From NCBI GenBank assembly GCA_020891255.1, contig BQFW01000008.1:2170001-2234000 (forward strand): a DNA stretch of 64,000 nucleotides. Reading direction: 5' to 3'. Position 1 is the stretch's first letter. Each line of letters starts with the position of its first letter. The position numbers and the translations under genes were made by a program. Shown in pieces: positions 26,259-37,600 of this stretch. The DNA comes from Entomortierella parvispora E1425. Taxonomy: Eukaryota > Fungi > Mortierellomycota. The notes beneath the pieces were generated by a model that saw only the letters and a program-made list of their open reading frames with translations, was not told where the DNA came from and did no database searches.

Positions 26259-27861
26259 ATGTTCGCAAAGTCCTTCCTCCAGCGCGCCACTCGCTCGGCT
26301 CTCCCCAGCCTTGCTGCCACTGCTGTAATTACATCTTTTTTGTTTATTTATTTTTTGGATGGAAGGATTACACACTTGTGTGCTTCATCCTAATCTCGTC
26401 TGTACCTACCCCACCTTAGCGCCAGACCACTTTCAAGGCCGTCGCCCCTGCCGGCGTCCGTTACAGCTCCTACAATGCACACGTTGCTGGTTTGACTGAG
26501 GAGCAGGACGAGTTCCGTTTGGCCGTTCAGCGTTTTGCGGACGAGGAGTTGGCCCCCCGTGCCCAGGCTATTGACAAGGAGAATGCCTTCCCCATGGTAA
26601 GGGCCACCAAGAGAGCTATATGAGCTGTCCCATGCCTAACTCATCATTATCTGGTGTGCGGGGTGTGCGGTGACCTTTGTATATATGTTGCACCTATTGT
26701 CGTCTTTCCCCTGAAAACTTATACTTTGGTTTGTTGTCATAATAGGACATGTGGAAGAAGTTTGGTGATATGGGTCTGTTGGGTATCACTGTGCCTGCCG
26801 AGTACGGTGGATTGGGATTGGGATACCTTGAGCACACTGTTGTCATGGAAGAACTCTCCCGTGCCTCTGGCTCAGTTGCCCTCTCCTATGGCGCCCACTC
26901 CAACCTCTGCGTCAACCAGATCAACAGAAACGGAAACGACGCTCAGAAGAAGAAGTACTTGCCCAAGGTAAGCATAGCGCCTCTCTGGAGTGAAATAACT
27001 TAGTCAATTAGTCCGTCCCTCTAATGGCTGTGTGCTCTGTGTATATAGTTGATCTCGGGTGACCATATCGGTGCCTTGGCCATGTCAGAGCACACCTCTG
27101 GATCGGATGTTGTCTCCATGAAGTTGCAGGCTGATAAGAAGGGTGACCGTTACATCTTGAACGGCACAAAGATGTGGATTACCAACGGACCCGATGCTGA
27201 TACCCTTGTCGTCTATGCCAAGACTGATATCAAGGCTGGTCCCAAAGGCATCACCGCCTTCATTATTGAGAAGGGCATGAAGGGATTCTCCCGTGGCCCC
27301 AAGTTGGACAAGTTGGGCATGCGTGGATCCAACACTTGCGAGTTGATCTTTGAGGACTGCGAGGTTCCCGAGGAGAACGTCTTGGGTGCTGTTGGCAAGG
27401 GAGTCTACGTTCTCATGTCTGGATTGGATTATGAGCGTTTGGTCCTTTCCGGTGGTCCCTTGGGATTGATGCAGTCTGCTTTGGACCACACCTTGCGTTA
27501 TGTCCACACCCGCACTCAGTTCGGCCAGCCCATTGGCGAGTTCCAGTTGATTCAGGGCAAGATTGCTGACATGTACACAAAGTTGAACGCATCCCGCGCC
27601 TACGTCTACGCCACTGCCCGCGCCTGCGACAAGGGCCATGCCTCCAACCGCGACTGCGCTGGAGTTATCCTTTACTCTGCCGAGCGCGCCACTGAGGTTG
27701 CTTTGGATGCTATCCAGTGCTTGGGAGGCAACGGATACATCAACGATTTCCCTACCGGCCGTATCCTTCGCGACGCCAAGCTCTACGAGATTGGTGCCGG
27801 TACCTCTGAGATCCGGAGGATGTTGATCGGTCGTGAGTTCAACAAGGAGTACAAGAACTAA
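26259..27861 (+). CDS. IVD: Isovaleryl-CoA dehydrogenase, mitochondrial (acyl-CoA dehydrogenase family)
   Basis: Targeting-like N-terminus [12 protein letters not shown]; [102 protein letters not shown]. Confidence 0.93.
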
Positions 27862-28240
27862 GGTGTGCTGCTTTTATTACTTAGAGATATTAGTTTCAAA
27901 AAAATATGCATTTTTCAACTTCCCAGGTGCTGTGGTGAATCGTGAATGAGCACTGGTGATGACTTTTGGACAAGCATAAAAAGTCAAGAAGTAGGATATA
28001 GGCGAATGTTCACGAGCTGAGAGGCGAGTGAGGGATGGAGAGATGGACAGACCAAGGAGGGGCGAGTAGGAATGGAAGACAGAAAAATAGGCCGCAAGCT
28101 GGCTCGCGTGGGCTAAGCCCCCCAAAACGGGAGTTGCACCGGCTGGGTGCGGGAGAGGGCCTTGAAAATTGGAGCCAAAGTAGAATTGTGATCTTTCCTT
28201 CGAATTTTTTTCAGTATGTGATCTGCGACTTAGGAGAGAA

Positions 28241-28803
28241 ATCCATCGGTCGATCGATCGATCTGTTGATCTATCTATCCATCCATCTGTCAATGACCAC
28301 GCCAACGGACAGCCCTTGTCGCCATCATCACTATCGTCAGCACCACCATCGGCCTCGGATATGTTGGACAACCTGCGCTGTCATTTTGTCATATGTTCGC
28401 TCGTCGCTATCAGGAAGAATGCAGACAATGCAAGGAGCGCTGGCACAGGATGAATGAATGAGGGATCGAGGACCGTACATTGCATCCCTGTGTAGACAGA
28501 GGTCCTGATTCATGCACCAGGGATCAGGAATCATTAATACCAACGATGAATTAGTTCAGCCCTCCATCTTTTATGTTTTCAGCGGTCGATGTTTGAACAA
28601 TGAACTGGATTCACCGACAAACGACAGGAGCTAGTCACTGCCAGCGTATACTCTAGCTAATCAGGATCCGATCAACTCTGTCAGATGCCAGACAAATCCA
28701 ACATCAATTCATCAGGGAGCGACTCATCCCTCCAAACACTTGGCCTACGGTGTACTTTCTTTTTTACTTACGCCAACACTTTGCTACCTCTCTCAAATAG
28801 AAA
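28241..28803 (+). promoter_or_regulatory. RPL32 upstream region with CCATC/ATCGAT tract and ATCAGG cluster
   Basis: Tract at 28241-28290; ATCAGG at 28409, 28523, 28660 and 28711, plus the reverse complement at 28504. The same motifs recur upstream of RPL25. Confidence 0.5.
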
Positions 28804-29676
28804 ATGGTTACTCCTCTCAAGAAGCACACCATCGTGAAGAAGCACACCGCTACCTTCAAGCGTCACCAGTCTGACCGCTACAAGACCGTCAAGGTACAAC
28901 TTTGGAACTGTCAAAAAGAGTCGCAGGATCAGCCGCACGCCGTGTGATACTATGGACTGGATAGAATTGAGACGTGGTCATGAATTGTGCAGGAGCAGGC
29001 CGCCAATAGTCGTGCTGGGGCTCATGGAAACGGAACGTGCATATGTCTACAGAGAAGGTCCGCCAAGCTCAAATTAGGAAAGCAATGGAGCATCAACACC
29101 CTGAGAAAGGGATTTTTCACCGGAATTCTGACACTGAAAAGCCCGGGATATACACGATATATCATACTGGACAACTATTCTGTTTGGAAGATGGGAGGGC
29201 ATTACGAAATTTGGCTTCAAAGATATGAAAACTCACATTATTGTTCTTCTCATTTTTCTATTTGAATTATCCTCGCTGTTTTATCGACACTTCAATTCGA
29301 CTGTGGATCACTCGTTCATGTTATCAAACACCAATCACCGACTCTACAAATACCTTTTTAACGAGTACAGGAGTCATGGAGAAAGCCCAAGGGTATTGAT
29401 AACCGCGTTCGTCGCCGTTTCAAGGGCCAGATTGCCATGCCCAAGATCGGTTACGGTAACAACAAGTTGACCCGTCACTTGATGCCTTCCGGCTTCAAGA
29501 AGTTCGTCGTCGCCAACATTGCCGAGTTGAACTTGTTGATGATGCACAACCGTACCTTTGCTGCCGAGATTGCCCACAACGTCTCCTCCCGCAACCGTAT
29601 CGCCATTGTCGAGCGTGCCCAGCAGCTCAACATCCGTGTCACCAACGCCAACGCTCGCGTCCGCACCGAGGCTTAA
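28804..29676 (+). CDS. RPL32: 60S ribosomal protein L32 (eL32), 2 exons
   Basis: [30 protein letters not shown] / intron 28894-29370 / [32 protein letters not shown]...[37 protein letters not shown]. Confidence 0.97.
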
Positions 29677-30016
29677 ATACTTTTTTTTTTGTCTTGATTG
29701 GAAACATTAAAAAAAACCCCCCCGGCCATCGAAGAAAAAATATATAACATCAATGCTAGTTGCCTTTATGACCATTCCTGTTAATGCTCTTAATACGGAT
29801 AAAAATCAGGGTAAAAGGCGAGAAAGTGTGAGTGGAGACAAACCAGAGGATGAACATTCATGAATTCTGTCTCATGTTTTCTCCTGTTTATTAAGGTTGG
29901 TGGCGCAATACTCATGCTCTGTCTGTATTGTACTCTATGTGGGCAGGATTAGATCAATGTCCGTCGAGTGAAAGGGCCTTTGCCAGGAACTGGGATGGGC
30001 GTATATCAGAGTCTGG

Positions 30017-30778
30017 TTACTCGCCATGCTTCAAAACTCTTGCGAACTCCCTGTAATTGAAATATCCGTCCCTGTCAACCGACGCACCTTTGAACATGAT
30101 ATCCACCTAGTGACAATCCACAAGTAAGGTAAGAAGGGTCAGCCCAGCCATTAAAAAAAAGAAGTTTATAAAGTACCTTATCAATGTTCTCCAATAACGG
30201 AGGATCGGATCCCTCATCTTTCTTACCTCCTCATCAGTAAACCGATCGCCCATGGTAGTCATCCACTCCCGAAGTTCGTCCGCGTTACACATTCCCGTCG
30301 GCCCCCCATTTCCATTCCCACCTGGAGCGGATGCGTCATCAAAACATTCAAAGGCCTGCAAGATCTCCAGTTCTGGGTCTGTTCCAGACAATTTTTCGCC
30401 CATCAGGGTCAAAAACATTGTAAAGTTGATCGAACCAGGAGCCTCTGCGATCATGTCCTCGATATATTCCTCTGTGGGGGATTGACCCAAGGAGGCGAGC
30501 ATGTCTTTGAGATCCTCTCTGTCGATAAAGCCATCCGTATCGTGGTCGATAAGGGAGAAGGCTTCTTTGAGCTCCACGATTTGCTTTTGGTCAAACATGG
30601 CAAAGACATTGGAGTTTTGACGGATGGCCCGCTTGGCCTTCTTTTGACGACGGACAGACTATTGGAAGAGAGAAAGGCAGTGGCGGAGACGAAAAGAGAG
30701 AGAAAGAACGGACTGACAGTAAGAACACTTTTCCTGGGCAAAGTACAAGGTTCTTTTTGTGTCCTTCACACGTACCAT
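30017..30778 (-). CDS. Myosin II regulatory light chain (EF-hand), 3 exons
   Basis: ATG / intron 30775-30659 / [50 protein letters not shown]...[14 protein letters not shown]...MGDRFTDEE / [29 protein letters not shown]-stop. Confidence 0.92.
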
Positions 30779-31050
30779 TCTGGTCTTGTTGGCGCGTTTA
30801 AAGAGTCGGTGGAAGGCGAAAAGTCGTGAAAGTAAAGAACGCGAGAAAGAATGAAGGAACGGACGAACGAATGGTTGAAGGAAGGAAGCAAAGAAGATTG
30901 TGGATGAATGAAGAAGAGAGAATGAGATTCCACATCCACCCATCCCACCGTCTCCTTGTTTCCCCTCTTCTCTGTTGCCCCTTTCTTGCGCGCACACACA
31001 CCTGACCACCGTTCACGCGAGAAATATTTATTTTGCAGGTTGCTAATGCG

Positions 31051-33424
31051 TCACCGGTAGGTTGGGCCAGGGTCGATAAACGACGTCTTGTCTCCTGCTC
31101 GACCCGATATCCCTCCACCCGCGCCGCTTGCACTGTTGCTTGGACTGCTAGCGCTTTCATTACTGCCACCTGGGCCATGCTCCATATGTAGAGGTACTTT
31201 CGTATTTTGTTCGTCGCCTTTGGGTGAGGTCGATACATTAGGTGAAAAGTGACCCATCTCTTCCGGTATATAGTCGGCAGAGTCCGGCTGCTGCCTGCCC
31301 GGTTGTGTATAGTAGGCGCTGGCCTCGAACGGGTTTCGTTGTTGATTTGGAGGCGGCGGCGGAGGGTAAGCCGCCTGGTAGGGCTGCTGATGATACAACT
31401 GTTGCTGGTTCAGGTAGTCTTGGTTTTGGAATGGGTTTCCAGCCTGGTAGTAAGGAGACTCCGTTGGGGGGGAGTAGAGCTGACCGTCCATTCCATCTGG
31501 TTGGTATTGGTTGTGGTGATGGCCTGCATAATGGGCTTGCTCAATTGGCGTCGGGGGAAGATACTTGTCTTCTCTCTCCCGTTCCAACATCCGTTCCCTC
31601 TCCCGCTCCCACTTCTCTTCCTCTAGCTGCCGCTCCTGCAATTCGATCAACAGCAGTGTATCAGCCTTTCGTTGTTTCTTGCGTCGATGTGAATATACCA
31701 GGAAGCCAATCACGCCAAGAATGGCTCCTCCAAAGATAACACCGAACGCAATTCCAGCCGACGAAACCTTGCCTTTGCCTCCGTCCGTCGGGGCATCGGG
31801 GATAGGGGGCGGAGCAGGTGTGTTCGGTAGAGCATTGAATTTAGTCGACCAAGTGCCTTGGCTTGTTGACAGAACATAGATCACGGGTGCTGGAGGAACA
31901 GAGGGTACTGAAGATCCTGGTGCGGTCAACGAACCCGACGAGGCTGGGACTTGGTTGCTGTTAAATCCAAAGAAGGACAGGACTTGATCCCCGACCATGA
32001 TACACTGATGGTCCCGGACAGGCGGTGGGGTCGCTGCAGGATTGGATCGGATAGTGGGCTGAGACCACGTCCAAGTTTGTACGTTAAGGGCGAAGAGGTC
32101 GTTCGTGACCTTGTCATTGCTGACAAGGGAACCTCCAAACATGTAAACTGTGCTTCCATCCGTCGCTATATATTGCAAAGAACAAAATAGATAACGGGAT
32201 CAGTTTCTTCAGTACATAGTCTTTTCATTCTCAACCTTCCGCTCTTCGTGCTACAGAACTACCAGCAAAGATGTATCACTTACATAAGGCCACGCAGTGG
32301 CCATACCGAGGCGTTGGAATCCCGCTTCCTTGTGTTTTCTGTAGAGCCGCAAGAGAATGCAAAGTAGAGCAATTAATCGGATAGCCACAACAAAACAACG
32401 GCTGTTGGATGCACCACGCCAGTCTTATATTTACCTGAATATTGACAGCCCCCGAGCCCATGTCCAAGATGGGCAGACTAGAGAACGATACCCCTCCTCC
32501 ATTACCTTTGGTAACTCCTCCCAAGACAAGGGCTTTGCCATTCGGCAAATTCACCAGCCTCGTCCCACCAATCGGTCCGATATTTGAATTCAAATTATTG
32601 CCGCCATTACCCGTTAGCGGGGCTTGGGACCAAGCTAGCGATCCAATGTCGCCTCCTGAAAGCCCAATCAAGTCTGCTTCCGTCACCAAGTTTGTCAGAT
32701 CAGTCGCCAGCGCTGATCTGACTGCATTCGATCCCTGTGGGATCCAGCCTCCACCCAGAACCACACCCTCGGTGTTGGTAGTTGAGGGACTCAAGAGAAT
32801 TGCAGCCATGGTGCGGCCAGCGGCACCATTACTCGACCCATTGCCCTTCCCGCCACTCCCACCACCTCCCCCGGTCGCCAGACTGACGGCCTTGGAAACT
32901 GCCTCCCATTTTCCAGTAGCAATCGAATAGGCGGTCATGAACCCGCCTGTGGCCCCAGTCAGGGCCTCATCTGCGTTTCCAACGGTCAAGAACGTGGCCT
33001 GGTCTGGTGTACAGGCGCCAGAATGAAAGCGTTGGTACGGAGACCAATCTGAGGTCAGATTGGCCCAGTTGGGGAAAGTGATCGCGCCATCAAAGGACAC
33101 AGAGAGGTCAAGTCGAAAATGCTGGTTGGTTGGTTGTAAATAGGTAGCAGAGGGAGCAAAGGCCACCCCTCCTTGGATATGCAGGGAGGAAGACGTCTGA
33201 CAGATGGCAAATCCTCCGACGGGGTAAGGACTGGGAGCCGCGTCTGTTCTTTGGCCAAAGACCATTGCAGCAATTGTCGCTGCTGCAGAGAGTCGGATAT
33301 GTTTCCAGGAGCGAGAACGAGATGCAGAAGTGTAGGAAGAGCAGGAGGCGGAGAAAGTAGTCGAAGGGGTGGTGGCGACGGTGGTGGCGGTGAAAGACCG
33401 TTGGACTGAACGCGGTCCGCTCAT
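31051..33424 (-). CDS. Type I membrane protein with extracellular kelch/galactose-oxidase-like propeller and Pro/Tyr/Gln-rich cytosolic tail
   Basis: Signal-like hydrophobic stretch (LSAAATIAAMVFG), kelch-like units (YQRFHSGAC, LVLGG, PTPRYGHCVAL, VYMFGG, PPVRDHQC), one TM (GIAFGVIFGGAILGVIGFLVY) followed by HRRKKQRK. Three exons joined by GT-AG introns. Confidence 0.78.
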
Positions 33425-33963
33425 CTTTTAAAAAGTGTTCCTGAGAAATGAATGTAACCCGTCTCAGGAACGGTGACGAAAGGGAGATGAGACCAAAGGA
33501 GAGCAGATGAGAAAGGATTGATGGATTGGAGGAATGAAGGATGAAAAAAAGCAAGAACACGGAGCGGCGAGATGAAAGCAAAAAAAAAAAAAAAAAAAGA
33601 TGAGAGCAGAATGGAGCGTAGAATGGAGCAACGGAAGGAAGGGAAGTATGAAAAAAAAATGCACCGTGTGTGCCTGCATGTATAGCGTGGATGCGTGGCC
33701 GAGACCATGTCCGTGCAACAGCACCAGTGAAATGAAATTTGGGTGCGCTTGCGCTCCGGCCCCCTTCTTGCTCTCGCTCTCGCCCATTCTCTCCGCTTCT
33801 CTCTGCATTGTGGCTCCCTTTGTGCCACGGCACTGCACGGCACGCTCCTGTTCACTTACTCTGCATTGCATTCACATCCTCGCTTCAGAAAGAGGTTTAT
33901 CCGAACGTTACCGGATTTGCATAATATTATTTACAATTGCTTTCTGGTGGGAACATATAGCCT

Positions 33964-36652
33964 CTACATGGCCATTTCACCTTTTTGTTCATCACTCTCC
34001 TCCAGTTCTAGCTCCATCATCTCCACTGCAAGTTGCTCATGGTCCAGTACCTGGTCCGTCTCAAATGGCGCATCTTGCAGATCCTGCTGCTGGTGTTGCT
34101 GACCGTAGAGTGGAGCTCGTTCTGTATGTTGTGATAATTCCTGCTGGTATACAGAAGAGTGTGACTGAGGCTGATCTCGCGGACGCGGGGACGACTGTCG
34201 GTAGGGATGGGTTCCCAAGTTCTTCTTCGGATGCCCAGCAGATAGTTGAGATTTTTGCTGAAAAAAAGATGGCTCATCCAAGTCTGATTCCTGCACATGA
34301 TGTTCCCGTAACTGGTACCCGCTAGGCAATGGGGTTGAACTGTCTACCACATCCGACTCGTCTCGATGAATTGATCGAAGAGGTCGTAGCCGATTATGCT
34401 CTCGATCCAAGTTCATGATAGAATTGATCGATCCAACTGGCATGCTCCTCAAAGGAGCCCGATACGAGCGCGTCCCAAATGCACCTATCGTGTCGCCACC
34501 AGTAATATAGGACCCGGACGACGGAGAAACAGAGTGAGCTGAGGACGAGGCAGATCGAGCAGAGGACGAGGCAGATCGAGCAGAAGAGGCACAGGACCGT
34601 GGGGGAGTACTCAACGTCGAAGTCAGATGTGAGTACGTTTGAAAGAGTGGGGTTGACATTGACGGCATTACTACTACTGCGGGAGGTGAGGACAAGCTCG
34701 AGGTGTACGACAACGACGACTCTGTAGAGGTACGCTCATCGGATGCCGAAGATCCATGGGACATATACGAATTGGTGGGTATTGTTGCTTCCGAGGCCGT
34801 TGAAATAAAAGAAGAGTGCGTCGAAGATAAAGGGGAGACCGAAGGAGATGAGCCCCAGTTGACCGAGGGTCTTTCAGCGGTGAACCGCCTCTGATTATTT
34901 CCTTGAGCTGATACATTTCTTCGATTGGATCGTGATAAATATACTCTAGAGATGCCGCCTGACCGTCCCACGCTACCATCACCCACGATCAGTCTCTTTC
35001 TCACAAAGGGCTTGCACCGCCGCAAGATCGCAATCATTCCATCAGCGGCCCCAAAAAGCATCGCCTCACAAGGAATTTCATCCATGCAATTTGGCGACTG
35101 GAACCAGAACCGCATGTGTGTGACCACGTTTGTAGATTTTGCCAGATCCACCTGCTCTACAAACGACGCCAGATCATCCGAGCGGATATAAAGAAGGAAA
35201 GGCTTGCCGATCATCAACTCAGGCTCAACCTGAAATATAAGTTGACACGACGGAGACGCGTACATAATTCCTAAGCTCCGAGAGAATCTGTTGAGGATCA
35301 TGCAAACCCGAGGCTCTGGGTCAAGAACGTTAGGATTCCATGTATTAGCATAGAAGGCCTCGTGGTGACGACGGATCCGTTCAAACTCCTAACGATAGAT
35401 GTTAAAAGAAGCGCAATTCTGGATGAGCGATCTGAGTCTGCAACCTGCGCACTGCACCCATGTTGCCAAGGACACCAATCACAGAGGAACCAATCATTGA
35501 AGGTCCAGGCGTGAAAAAGGGGGGGGGGTAAAGAGAGTAAAAGATCCAGGCGGTCCAGAACTCCAGACAAGTTCGATGCATGGCAAGGACCTTTGATCTA
35601 CTCTCGAACCTTTCCTGCCCCCTGTTCGCGGTGTTTGTTTGTGTTTATGCTTTTTGTTGTGTGTCAACACAGGGATTCTCCTTCTGCTTTCAAGAATGAG
35701 AATATGGGAGGCAAAGGCTCGTACCTCTTCCTGTGATCCAACCAGACTTGTCATAGCAGCAGAATGAGTGCTGAGTTGTCGAACTAGCAGTATAAAGAAA
35801 AAGTGTGTGTGTGAGAGAGAAGGAGGCCAAGGAAACATGGTCAGAATTCAAAAAAGATAAATCCAGTTCAGTCCTGTTCATTCGAACACCATACGCCTGC
35901 CCATCCTCACTCTCGACAGCCCTTCAAGATCCACTCGACAGCTTTATGACAGAGACATGCTAGCCCGTGATCTTCACAGCCTCGTTATCTTTTTTTTACG
36001 GTTCGAGTCTCCTTCCAAGAAAGGATCTTCTCCTTCACTCCGTCAAAAAATTATTTTTTCAACGGTAGCCATCACCGAGGTGGATCGAGGTCGTTGGATA
36101 GGGTCGTTATCGATTCAACAAGTACAGGTTGCAGCTGCACTCTATTCTTCCTACCATCGACATTGATCCTGTCTCCTTTCTTCCGGGGCGAGTTTTGCCG
36201 TCCCTTCGGACAGTAAGAGTGCCCCTTGCAGACTACTGTAGTAGTCTGGCTCCATTTCTTCGATCCATTCCAGGGAAATGTGACAAAGTACAATAAAGCA
36301 AACAAAAGCAAGAACCTCACTTACTGGTGCCATCCGTCTGCTCTATCAGAGTTGCACAGCTGACAATGTAGTCATAGCAGAGACTGAAAAAGACCATGAA
36401 GGGGAGCCAGGTTCCATTCTTGTGTTTGTAGCGCAAAGCAAGCTGAGTTCCGACTATCTCATTGAGGACGTTCTCTTGATGAGTCACCTTGACGTAGGCT
36501 GCATCGTCCGGGTGAATGACATCGTAGGCGGCGACACCGACAACGTCCTCGGGTTCGTAGCCGAGACAGAATGTAATTGATGTGGAGGCCCAGAGGAAGT
36601 TTGCGGCCGGAGTGAGATCATGAAAGGAAATGAAGTTGTCAACCTTGAACAT
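33964..36652 (-). CDS. Tandem PAS-domain protein with S-rich disordered C-terminus, no recognisable output domain
   Basis: Exons 36652-36325, 35783-35725 and 35388-33964 join in frame. PAS1: FISFHDLTP...LGYEPEDVVG...YDVIHPDD...LRYKHKNG. Linker: EFERIRRHHEAF. PAS2: CMILNRFSR...MYASPSC...IGKPFLLYIRSDDL...MRFWFQSP. Confidence 0.8.
34540..34585. repeat. Short 21-bp tandem duplication in the PAS gene coding tail
   Basis: GAGGACGAGGCAGATCGAGCA occurs twice in tandem and encodes the SSARSAS-type repeat on the minus strand. Confidence 0.7.
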
Positions 36653-37600
36653 GAATGTAATTTTTTTCTGAGCTGATTCCTTTTGTGGGTGGTTGAGTGA
36701 GGGAGAGGCACAGCTGACGGAGTGGATACGAGGAGGAAGGAAAGGAGGAGGGGAGATCAGCACGGGTACATCCAGTAGGAGAACAACCAAGAAAGGGACA
36801 GTGAAAGAACGAAGGCAAGGAGGGAAGGAAGGGGCAGGAAGGAAGGTAGGGAGAAAAGAGAGAAGAGAAAAGGAAGTGACAAATGCACTCTCCAGAGGAA
36901 GGGAAATCAGTGGCACACAGAGCACAGACACAGGTGCACTGCATTATTTTTTTCCTTTTTTTTTTTGTGCGAGTGGGCGACTTGATCCCTTTCTCTTCGT
37001 TTCCAAAGGGGACAGAGGCAATTGGTTGCCCCATTCTCGCTGCTGCTGGTCTCTCTTTGCCTCTTTTCTTCCTCCATGCTCTCTTTTCCCATTCCCACTC
37101 TTCCACTCCTTCCACTTCCACTTCCTCCTCTGCTCCCTTCATTTACCATGGGCTTTTATTCTATTTTGCGTTCATTGATCTTTTCATGAACTACCTTTCA
37201 TCAAAACGCGAAACGCTCACGTCTGCTTTGGATAACCAAAACAGTAGTGGTTCTACCGGAAATCCTTCCATCCTACGACGGTAGCAAATAACAAGACCTT
37301 TCTCCAGAAAAGAGAACGGCAGAACTATGCTCTTTTTCCGTCGGTGACGCTGCCGCTCTATTTTTTTTTTTTTTTTTTTTTGCCCGGAAATGATGCCTCC
37401 TGCATTTTCAATGCAGACAATCGGTGCAGAGTAGGGCAGCAACGAGCAGGAGCAGCACCAAAAAGGTCGTCGTCATGGAGAGAACGGACCTCTGCGCGGT
37501 TGCCAACAAACAACAGACATCACCATTTCTTTTTCTGTCTGCAAAACGCGTCATCTACAAAAGATTTTTTTTATATATATTTTCTGCTCTCCTATGGTTT

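Noticed and set aside
27085-27639. 184-aa minus-strand ORF
   Set aside because: Antisense shadow of IVD.
28632-28639. TAGTCACT as a Homol-D box in the RPL32 promoter
   Set aside because: It has two mismatches to CAGTCACA and there is no counterpart in the RPL25 promoter.
33108-33871. Overlapping 135-241 aa ORFs rich in F/S/L
   Set aside because: Translations of poly-A/T and GA tracts in the intergenic region between the kelch-TM and PAS genes.
36229-36248. Hairpin CAGACTAC-TGTA-GTAGTCTG in PAS intron 1
   Set aside because: A single 8-bp stem is expected by chance somewhere in 64 kb, and nothing else supports it.
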